A stretch of 64,000 nucleotides of DNA from Bacteroidales bacterium (GTDB lineage Bacteria > Bacteroidota > Bacteroidia > Bacteroidales > Prolixibacteraceae). The first letter of the stretch is position 1. The number at the start of each line of letters is the position of its first letter. Shown piece by piece: positions 21,060-28,888 of the stretch. Position numbers and translations under genes: made by a program. The stretch is from the NCBI GenBank assembly GCA_015654795.1, contig JAATGF010000062.1:8102-72101 (forward strand), read 5' to 3'. The notes under the pieces are model-generated. The model saw only the letters and a list, made by a program, of their open reading frames with translations, made no database searches and had not been told where the DNA came from.

Positions 21060-21558
21060 CGTCGGTATTGAAAAGTCCGGAAACAAATATTCCGATTAAA
21101 GAAACTAAACTATCAAATACTAAGAGGTATTTAATTGGATTATTTCTGGAATGGATGACCTTTCAAAAAGTTTTACCGAATCCGCGATCAGGGATTATTA
21201 CCGGTATTCCATCCGCAGAACTATTGAAACGGAACAGCGGATCAATCAGTTCGACTTTTACCGGGAATATAACCAAAACAGGAAGTCATTAAAGCCTGGT
21301 CTTACAAAGGAGCTGGCAGCTAAGTATAAGATTGTGAAAACAGAGGATCAGTTTTACCTGAATAACCATCCATCCAGAATACAGGAGATCAGTTTGAACC
21401 CTGAACAGATGAAATTCTATCTTGATCAAAAGAACTTTTTTGCGGGACCAATCCTTGAGATGATCCGGTTAATGCCCTAGTACGGCAAAGAAAAAGAGCG
21501 GAATAAAAAGAAAGAGATGCTAAAGCAGAAAAAGAAGGGGCAGGGAAAAAGGGTTTAA
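21060..21558 (+). pseudogene. Relaxase 3'-end remnant (second copy of the 6850-7330 segment)
   Basis: ORF 21151..21480 is about 85% identical (93/109 aa by hand count) to relaxase residues MDDLSKSFTESAIKDYY...ILEMLRLMP. Homology starts near 21066 in another frame (NIPIKETKLSNTKRY vs NVPFKEIKLSESKEF), which implies a frameshift. A TAG replaces the Trp codon (LMP*YGKEKER vs LMPWYNNEKER). The basic tail continues to TAA at 21556-21558. The N-terminal ~380 codons are absent. Confidence 0.85.
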
Positions 21559-21613
21559 TGTTTTTTTTACGAAGTATTATCTTTACTCTTCCATTTGACA
21601 AAATCTCTATGCC

Positions 21614-22189
21614 TTACTTCACTTTGGTTTGGAGTAATTTAAGAAAGGCTCTTCCTCTTTCGGTTATTCGAAATTTCTGTTTGGGACTTTTATGTTTATC
21701 CTTAATGGTCCACTTTACTAATTTTGATTCTTGTAATTTCTTCAATATTTCATTTAATTGCCCGGAAATGGTTTTTTGACCCAGTTCTGCAGATATTTCC
21801 TTCCTTGATAATGTCTTATCTATTAATTCTTTCAATATTTTTGTAAATAATGTCTCCTGCTGCAACTCTTGCTGTAACTCTTGCTGTAACTCTTGCTGTT
21901 GTTTGAAATTCTTGTTGGTAAAAGTGACACGGAATGCGATTCCTGGTTCTTTCCAGTCGAGCCCGATTTCAGGATAATTTTGCAATTCTTCAGCAATCAG
22001 TTTTAATCCATTGCCCCACTGTTCAATGATTCCTATTTTTTTGAAAACTGGAGCCAATATCTTGTTTCGAATATCAGATTGACCTGATTCCATATCGATG
22101 AAATCACATTCCGACCGGAGCAACTTTGAAAAAGAACTGGCAAAAAATGGTATCACTGTTTTGTTCCTGGAGAATGAACAGGGGCACAT
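21614..22189 (-). pseudogene. C-terminal fragment of an AlbA_2/'RecG-like' ATP-binding regulator gene
   Basis: ..SGQSDIRNKILAPVFKKIGIIEQWGNGLKLIAEEL.. plus a winged-helix-like tail (LSRKEISAELGQKTISGQLNEILKKLQESKLVKW) is the same family as 7711..8136. The N-terminal ~2/3 is missing. Its 5' end overlaps a plus-strand relaxase fragment. Confidence 0.55.
21859..21900 (-). repeat. 12-nt tandem repeat (gctgYaactctt x3 plus a partial unit) encoding QQEL repeats
   Basis: gctgcaactctt / gctgtaactctt / gctgtaactctt / gctgttg.. read directly from the sequence. It encodes QQELQQELQQELQQE in the linker of the 21614..22189 fragment. Confidence 0.9.
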
Positions 22190-22481
22190 CTATGGCGTAA
22201 CCTTTATCGACCACGAGCAAAAGGCGGTATTTAACGGTTCGCGACTGAGAAAAGAGTTTTCGGCAAATGTGCTCAACGACCTATTTAAAGAGTGTGAGCA
22301 AAAAGAGGAACACACAAAACAGGTGGCAGGAAAAGAACCGTTCGCGCCGTTAGTCCGGCAATCTGATCATATAGAATCTGCTGTCGGCAGCTTGTTCTCG
22401 ATTCTTTCACCGGAACCTGAATCATACCCGGATAATCAGTACCCGCTTCCGAAAAAACGTAAATATGGGAGGCAAATATAA
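22098..22481 (+). pseudogene. C-terminal fragment of a second, different relaxase (Bacteroides MobB-like tail)
   Basis: ..FEKELAKNGITVLFLENEQGHIYGVTFIDHEQKAVFNGSRLRKEFSANVL.. with a basic end (PKKRKYGRQI*) resembles relaxase C-termini. No nuclease domain lies upstream, where the ORF runs into the minus-strand fragment. Confidence 0.45.
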
Positions 22482-22538
22482 ATGAGATATCACAACAGTA
22501 TATTATTGTCGGTTTATATTTTTGAGTATATTTGCACT

Positions 22539-23309
22539 ATGAGTACATATAGGCCAACAAAAATAAACAAATTGCTTCAAAAGCTGCCTTCGGGGGCCTT
22601 GTTCTTTTCATCGTGGATGAAAGAGAACGGCATATCCTATGAACTGCAACGGCGGTACCGCGATTCCGAATGGCTGACACCCGTCGGGGCAGGCGTAATG
22701 GTCCGTACCGGCGAAAGTCCAACCATATACGGTGCTTTATCGTCGCTGAATAAACAAACCGGCAAACATTTTTATGTGGGTGGTTTATCGGCTTTGGAAC
22801 TAGCGGGATATACACATTATGTGCCAATGGGACGACCGGTTGTGTATGTAGGTTACCCCCAGGGGGAATGGGTACCTGCCTGGCTTAAAAAGCATGACTG
22901 GGGAGTGGATTTATTATGCGTTACCTCGGAATATTTTGATTCGGATACCGGCATAACGACAATGATGCAAGGTGCATTTGAAATAGTGGTTTCCACGCCG
23001 GAACGGGCGTTTATGGAATGCCTGAACCTTGTTCCGAAACAGTACAACCTCATGGACTTGTATTATGTAATGGAACAACTTACTTCGCTTCGTCCGAATA
23101 TGGTACAGGCACTGCTGGAGAAGAATACATCGGTAAAAATGAAACGTTTGTTCCTGTACATGGCGGAAAAAGCCGGTCATACGTGGGTCGGCGACCTGGA
23201 TTTACCGAAAATAGATACCGGGAGTGGGAAACGGGAAATCGTGCCAAACGGTGTTTACGACAGCAAATATCAGATTGTGATATCCGAAGAATTAAAGAAC
23301 TATGAATAA
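22539..23309 (+). CDS. abiEi: AbiEi-family type IV toxin-antitoxin antitoxin
   Basis: ORF 22482..23309, with the likely start at 22539 (MSTYRPTKINKLLQKLPSGALFFSSWMKENGISYELQRRYRDSEWLTPVGAGVM = AbiEi_4-type N-terminal wHTH). It overlaps the start of an AbiEii-like gene by 8 nt. Confidence 0.75.
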   Translation: MSTYRPTKINKLLQKLPSGALFFSSWMKENGISYELQRRYRDSEWLTPVGAGVMVRTGESPTIYGALSSLNKQTGKHFYVGGLSALELAGYTHYVPMGRPVVYVGYPQGEWVPAWLKKHDWGVDLLCVTSEYFDSDTGITTMMQGAFEIVVSTPERAFMECLNLVPKQYNLMDLYYVMEQLTSLRPNMVQALLEKNTSVKMKRLFLYMAEKAGHTWVGDLDLPKIDTGSGKREIVPNGVYDSKYQIVISEELKNYE

Positions 23310-24199
23310 CCTCTATAAAGAACAGGTAAGACTTTTACTTCGCATGTTACCGGTAATCTTCCGGGAGGAAGATTTTGCGGTTCACGGTGGTATAGCCATA
23401 AATCTGTTTATCAAAGACCTACCGCGATACTCGGTGGATGCGGACTTGACCTATGTCCCACTTGGCCCGCGGGAAGAAAGCTTGGCGGAAATCGATAAAA
23501 AGCTGGCAGCTATCAGTCAGCAATTCAAACGGGGAGTGCCGGGAGTCCATATCCGACCGATACCCAATAAGCTCTTATGCACATTGGGACGAAGCATGGT
23601 AAAAATTGAAGTCAACGGGATTAAATGAGGCATTATCGGGCCAACGACAGAAATGCCATTATGCAATAAAGCACAGGACGAATTAGGGATGTATTGCAAA
23701 GCGCGTATTGTACCCATGGAACAACTTTACGGCGGGAAAATTGAGGCTGCCCTTAGCCGCCAGCACCCGCGAGACCTGTTCGATTACAACTATATGGATC
23801 CGGATGAAATTGACGGGTTAAAGCGTGGGTTCATGTTTGCTTTGCTGGGAGGCGACAAGCCTTTTATTGAATCCTTGTCTCCCCATACGATAAACCAGCA
23901 GGAAGCGTTGGAAAATCAGTTCCGCGGTATGACAGATATTCTTTACATACGAAAACTATGAAAGCGCGCGGAAACAGCTTATTGCTTTTATCAACTCAAT
24001 CCTGAACCAAGAAGATAAGGTGTTTCTCGTCAGTTTTGAAGAAAGTAACCCGCAGTGGGAAAAATCTGCATACAGCGATTTCAGAAATTTCCCTGCAGTG
24101 CAGTGGAAACGGCTTAATGTGAATAAACTAAAAACACAAAATCCGGCAAAACATAGGCAGGAAGTTGAACGATTGAAAGCTTATTTTGGAATGAAATGA
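23302..24199 (+). pseudogene. abiEii: AbiEii/AbiGii-family nucleotidyltransferase toxin, inactivated (in-frame TGA plus a frameshift)
   Basis: ORFs 23302..23628 and 23653..23961 are in the same frame, separated by TGA at 23626-23628 (..KIEVNGIK*GIIGPT..). The C-terminus (FTYENYESARKQLIAFINSILNQEDKVFLVSFEESNPQWEKS..PAVQWKRLNVNKL..) continues in the +1 frame from about 23942 to TGA at 24197-24199. The motifs FAVHGGIAINL and DADLTY fit the NTase. Confidence 0.75.
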
Positions 24200-24549
24200 T
24201 AAGTTTTTTTAGAGATGAGGATTTCCTCCGTGTAAAATTTCCGCATAAAAAAAAGAGATGAGTGCATTTTAGTTTCCCAATAGTGATGTTTATCTCCATT
24301 CTATTTTCAAGTGATTGCTTCCTTTGGGAATATGGTTGTCCAATCATTTAGTTTTTTGTGAGGAGTTATTTCTATCAGGATAAAATTGGAGAAATCTATT
24401 TCCCAACGTTCCCGGTCACAAAGGACCAACTAAATGCCACAAGCTGCCATCCCTTTGCTTACTTCGAAACCAAGACAAAACACCGCTATTTTCACATTTT
24501 AACCGGTTAAAGTCCAGTTATTAGGCAACAGGACGATGATTTAAGAGGT

Positions 24550-24783
24550 CTAGCAAAGATCATGTATAAGGTTGGCTATTTTTTCTTCGATCCTGATCAG
24601 TTCATTCTCATCCAGACCTATAACCTGCCGGGGCGTGTCTTTGATCCCCAGATATAATTCTCCCCCTGCGTCATTGGCCAATGCCAGAATAGTCTTTGCC
24701 AATTCAGAACTGGTTGGTAGAGATTCTTTAAATTCAAGCCTGCGGCCTTCCGGTTGTTGGACTATATCGGCAAGTTTTATCAT
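24550..24783 (-). pseudogene. N-terminal AlbA_2 (Schlafen-like DNA-binding) fragment of a 'RecG-like' regulator gene
   Basis: MIKLADIVQQPEGRRLEFKESLPTSSELAKTILALANDAGGELYLGIKD.. is the canonical AlbA_2 N-terminus. The frame ends after about 78 codons and downstream frames are broken. Confidence 0.6.
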
Positions 24784-25133
24784 GTTTAAATCTAATTGTA
24801 TTGATGTCTCAAAGATATTCAATCATTTTTAATTCAGAATATTAATCAGAGGAATATCTATTTTGCATTACTTACTGTATTTGCCGGATAATTTAGGCTA
24901 ATCTGGTCATGAATAATGTCAAAGCTATTATTATGCATCTTTCCCGTTCACCGAATTCTTTTGTTCATTTACAATGAACGAGCAAATATTGTGAACAAGA
25001 ATAAAAACAACAGCATTTTTCCCGAAATGTAAAATTATTATGATCTCTATTCAGGAAAATAAAATTTTGACTTTAAAGAATACACTCCACTCAAATTTTC
25101 ACAAAAATATTGATCGCTCCACGGAATGGTAAA

Positions 25134-25306
25134 GGGGTTCCGGCGCGCCGGAATCCTTCGGATGCGTTCAGTTTGCCGGAATATCGCTACCCTTCGGGCA
25201 TGGCGACAAACTGACATGTACCCCGTTGACCTTATCCGTGGCAGCTCAATGATAGGCACGCAAAAATTTAACCGGCGTGCCAGACAAAATCCGTCCACCG
25301 ACGGAT
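25134..25306 (+). promoter_or_regulatory. Structured GC-rich leader upstream of ardC (candidate ncRNA/5'-UTR element or single-strand promoter-like element)
   Basis: 16-nt perfect palindrome ttccggcgcgccggaa (25138-25153, extendable with G-C/G-U pairs). Two C(UUCG)G-type tetraloop hairpins (tccttcgga about 25154-25162; cccttcggg 25190-25198). A 6-bp stem ggcacg/cgtgcc (25255-25260 / 25276-25281). A 7-bp stem atccgtc/gacggat (25289-25306). There is no convincing ORF. Confidence 0.3.
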
Positions 25307-25340
25307 GCTAAAATAAGTCCTAAGGGCATAGGCGTCACAG

Positions 25341-26219
25341 ATGAATAAAATAGGTCTTTATGAAGTTGTTACGCAGAAAATTATTGACAGATTGGAAGCG
25401 GGAGTTGTTCCATGGCAGATTCCCTGGAGAACCAAAAATGGAATGCCTCGTAATATGATATCCAACCGCCCTTATACAGGAATCAATTTCTGGATGCTGC
25501 TTTGTCTTCCTTACACTTCACCGTTTTACATGACTTTCGAACAGGCAAGAGTGCTGGGCGGTAACATTTGCAAAGGAGAAAAATCAACAATGGTGGTTTT
25601 CTGGAAGATTCTCGAGTCTGAAGATAAAAACGGAGAGACCAAGAAAATCCCATTTCTTCGTTACTACAATGTTTTTAACCTGACGCAAACCGAAGGAATT
25701 GATCCAAAGAAGATCCCGGATACTGATGCTTTTGATCACGATTTTAATTCCATTGCAGCTGCTGATCAGATCGTTCATGGATGGAAAGATTGCCCAAAGA
25801 TAGAATGGGACAGCGATCATGCTTACTACTCACCCTCACTAGATACTGTCTGTATGCCGAATCAACGGTCTTTCTTTCGAGATGAGCAGGTTTATTCCAC
25901 ACTGTTTCACGAACTTACGCATGCAACTGGCCACCGCTCCAGACTGGATCGTCATGAAAAAATAAAAGACCATAAATTTGGTTCCCAGGATTATAGTCAG
26001 GAAGAATTAGTGGCCGAATTAGGAGCTGCTTACCTGTGCGGAATAACCGATATTGAACAGCAGACCATCGAAAACAATGCCGCTTACATTAAAAGCTGGA
26101 TCAGAACTTTCAAAGATGATCCGAAGGTGTTGGTTTTGGCAGCTGCCCAGGCACAAAATGCCGTGAATTACATGCTGAACCAGAGCGCGGAACATTTACC
26201 ATCTGGTACAGTTGAATAG
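25341..26219 (+). CDS. ardC: ArdC-like antirestriction protein (N-terminal ssDNA-binding DUF1738 domain + zincin metallopeptidase domain)
   Basis: 292 aa. The N-terminal block (VVTQKIIDRLEAGVVPWQIPW..PYTGINFWML) is followed by the C-terminal HExxH motif LFHELTHATGH and the SQEELVAELGAAYLC block. Confidence 0.8.
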   Translation: MNKIGLYEVVTQKIIDRLEAGVVPWQIPWRTKNGMPRNMISNRPYTGINFWMLLCLPYTSPFYMTFEQARVLGGNICKGEKSTMVVFWKILESEDKNGETKKIPFLRYYNVFNLTQTEGIDPKKIPDTDAFDHDFNSIAAADQIVHGWKDCPKIEWDSDHAYYSPSLDTVCMPNQRSFFRDEQVYSTLFHELTHATGHRSRLDRHEKIKDHKFGSQDYSQEELVAELGAAYLCGITDIEQQTIENNAAYIKSWIRTFKDDPKVLVLAAAQAQNAVNYMLNQSAEHLPSGTVE

Positions 26220-26220
26220 T

Positions 26221-26248
26221 AAGAGAGGCCCTACGGGATTTCTCTTTT
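26221..26248 (+). terminator. Probable intrinsic terminator after ardC
   Basis: aagagagg ccctacggg atttctctt forms a stem (including G-U pairs) followed by tttgt, 2 nt after the stop codon. Confidence 0.45.
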
Positions 26249-27460
26249 GTTCACATCTTTTATTCACATTGTATTGTTTTAAGCAAAATTTATTAAATCT
26301 TTGAGAAAGCCGTGGGTGGTCTTCTCTATCCTTCCGGTTTAAAATAATTTGGTGGTATATAATGCGATAGATCTATATTGTTATGTCAAATCCGAACAGA
26401 TATACGCTTCAATGCAGCATTCGCGACACACGTCTGGCTTTTTCTAATTTGTTTTACCTGTTTGTTCCGGGAAGCAAAATTGTATTTACCTCGTATGAAA
26501 TTCTTGCTGCATTGCCTATCTTATCGCTAATAACCCTCTTGACCTATTTGGCCGTTCATTTTGCCAATTGATTCTCCAGCAAAGATCTTCCTTTCAGTGC
26601 GGCACTTTGTAATAAATAAGTCTTCTATAGTCAATTTTTAGCTTTAGTTGCTTCTTTAACTCATTTCGCCTCCAGCGATCATCCACTTCTTGCCCATTTC
26701 GTTACTCTCCGCTTTGGGCGAAGCTTCTTCCACTTCAGACTTCATGACTGCCCACACCACTATTTAGAATTTCGCAATTTTATTCTATCTGCTAATTCTT
26801 GCTTCTCCTCAAAATCGAAATTCTGTTTTCCATCTTTGATTAAGACCTTCCCGCTTTCTTCTTGAAAGCAGCTGAAGAAGGCACCTCAAAAATAATCGAG
26901 AACCAGTTAAATTTCGAATATACTTCAAACCTGAAACCCGCTTTATAAGCATGGAATATGCTTTCTGAAAACGATTTACGTAAATAGAATAAACTTAATT
27001 GCCTTCCATTGGACGAAATTTATCAGGTTTAAGAGTATGCCGAAGAACACGGGGTACAACCCTTATTTGTTTAGCAAACAGTAGAAGAAGAAGTTAAGAA
27101 TATTTTCTTTGGTTTACCAACTTACCTGACGAATCTGGATTTGATAAATAATGTCTGCAACTATGATGGGATATTATTGAATACACTTTTCCCAATCAAG
27201 ATTTATAAGCATGAAAAAATACCCCCAAATTTATTCAAGTATGGATTAATATATCTTGCAAAAGAGCTACACTTTAATAATAAAAATAAATTGATTGTTG
27301 TGAACTTTTGTCATTTACTTGGAATACGTTCTTCGTTTTGATTTAATACAAATGGTTGAAAATGAGATTCGCCATTAATCAGGCAAGCAATCCAAAAAAT
27401 TTTGTACTGTCAAATTCGGAGAAGGGAATTTTTACTGTATAATCTTTTGAAATATTTGAA

Positions 27461-28483
27461 TTAACCATTGGATAACTTCATCGATGACTCACGGACATTC
27501 AGGCGTCCATTTAAGACAACTGTTTGCGGGATAAATATTCCTTTATTTTCTAACTGATCCAAAAGTAACAAAGCTGCTGTTCTACCGATTTCGTGTGTGG
27601 GTTGAGCAACACTGGTCAATGGAGGATCAATCAATTGGGCCAAATGTGTTTCAGTGAACCCAACAAGTGCAACATCTCCGGGAATTTTGAGTCCGCTCTT
27701 TTTGAGTACCATCATCGCTCCGATGGCGGTGGGATCATTCACTGCAAATATGGCATCCGGAAGATCATTATTTTTTATCAATTTTTCCATTTCCCGTTCA
27801 CCGTCACCAATCATCAAACCAGTTTCAATAATTGAACCGTTATCAACCATTAATTTATGTTTGCGATGTGCATCGATAAATCCGTTTTTTCTGCTTTTAG
27901 AAAACATTAATCCGTCAGGACCGGAAAAGTGAAATATTTTTTTATATCCCTGATAAATAAGGTGTTCAGTTGCAAAAAAAGCCCATTTGTAATCATCAAT
28001 AAGTACTTTATGAGTTTCCAGTTCGTTCGAAACCCGGTTAAAAAGCACCAATGGAAAGCCCTGACTGACCATTTTTTTATAATACTCCACATTTTTTGTT
28101 TCGAGCGACAAGGATAGGATCATTCCGTCGACCATGTTGTTTTCCAATGCTTTTACATTTTCGAGTTCATGGATATACGATTCGTTTGATTGCATAATGA
28201 GCACCTGGTATCCATTTTTATGAAAAACTTCCTGTATTCCAATGATCACCTCGGGAAAAAAAGGATTTATAAACTCAGGTACGACCACCCCGATCTGGTT
28301 GGAGCATTGTTTCAACAGGCTTTTTGCCATTGGATTAGGCGAATACCCCATTTCGTTTGCCGTTGCAAGGATCATATCGCGTGTTTCTTTCCGGATGTCA
28401 TATTTATCATTAAAAGCTCTTGAAATAGTGGAAACAGAGCAATTCAGCCTTTTGGCGACGTCTTTTATTGTAATATGCTTCAT
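27461..28483 (-). CDS. LacI-family transcriptional regulator
   Basis: 340 aa. The N-terminal HTH is MKHITIKDVAKRLNCSVSTISRAFND, followed by a periplasmic-binding-protein-like sugar-binding core (..AIFAVNDPTAIGAMMVLKKSGLKIPGDVALVGF..). Confidence 0.9.
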   Translation of the reverse strand: MKHITIKDVAKRLNCSVSTISRAFNDKYDIRKETRDMILATANEMGYSPNPMAKSLLKQCSNQIGVVVPEFINPFFPEVIIGIQEVFHKNGYQVLIMQSNESYIHELENVKALENNMVDGMILSLSLETKNVEYYKKMVSQGFPLVLFNRVSNELETHKVLIDDYKWAFFATEHLIYQGYKKIFHFSGPDGLMFSKSRKNGFIDAHRKHKLMVDNGSIIETGLMIGDGEREMEKLIKNNDLPDAIFAVNDPTAIGAMMVLKKSGLKIPGDVALVGFTETHLAQLIDPPLTSVAQPTHEIGRTAALLLLDQLENKGIFIPQTVVLNGRLNVRESSMKLSNG

Positions 28484-28507
28484 CTGGCAAGTTGTTAGTT
28501 TTCGGAG

Positions 28508-28589
28508 AAATCGATTTTTGCCAAAAGTAAGGAGTTATTTTGATTTGTGGAATCGTTTCCGGAAATTTAAAACGTTTCCGGAAACGATT
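28508..28589. promoter_or_regulatory. Cluster of LacI-type operator-like palindromes in the lacI / GH97 divergent intergenic region
   Basis: AAATCGATTT (28508-28517), AATCGTTTCCGGAAA (28551-28565) and AAACGTTTCCGGAAACGATT (28570-28589, containing a 14-bp perfect palindrome cgtttccggaaacg at 28573-28586). The core AAACGTTT matches the generic LacI-family AANCGNTT operator core. Confidence 0.45.
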
Positions 28590-28740
28590 CCGGAGAAAAT
28601 AATTGATTTTTGCTTTCATTTGACTAAATACAGTCATAATATCGCAAAACGCTATTTAACTTTTGCTTTCTATTCGTCAGAGAACTTTCTACTTATTCCC
28701 ATAAACTTGAATTTGAAAGGATCCAAATTTTTATTGTTCT

Positions 28741-28839
28741 CAAAATCGGAAAATAAGCATTATGCAACATTCAATAGAATTTAAAAATGTCATGATCGGA
28801 GAAGCCTGGTTTGCATCCGGACAATCGGACATGAACTAG
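28741..28839 (+). pseudogene. Short remnant of a SASA/sialate-O-acetylesterase-like (DUF303) carbohydrate esterase gene
   Basis: The frame reads ..SIEFKNVMIGEAWFASGQSDMN* (TAG at 28837-28839). This matches the N-terminal catalytic-Ser signature of that family (..V.IGEVWLCSGQSNM..). There is no start codon and the downstream sequence is missing. Confidence 0.5.
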
Positions 28840-28888
28840 GCATCATCTAAAGCTGCACCAATTTTAAATTAACATAAAAACAACAAAT

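Noticed and set aside
21558-21779. 73-aa plus-strand ORF after the relaxase remnant
   Set aside because: It overlaps, in antisense, the 3' part of the minus-strand regulator fragment and the convergent intergenic region. It has no motifs.
26383-27341. ORFs 26383..26571 (62 aa) and 27141..27341 (66 aa) in the coding desert
   Set aside because: They are short and hydrophobic or AT-biased with no family features. They are treated as chance ORFs unless expression or conservation data say otherwise.
28242-28784. 180-aa plus-strand ORF spanning the lacI 5' end and the intergenic region
   Set aside because: Its first half is antisense to the LacI HTH-coding region and the remainder crosses the operator-like repeats. 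It is low-complexity with no recognisable domain. Only its extreme 3' neighbourhood, in a different frame, carries the esterase fossil.
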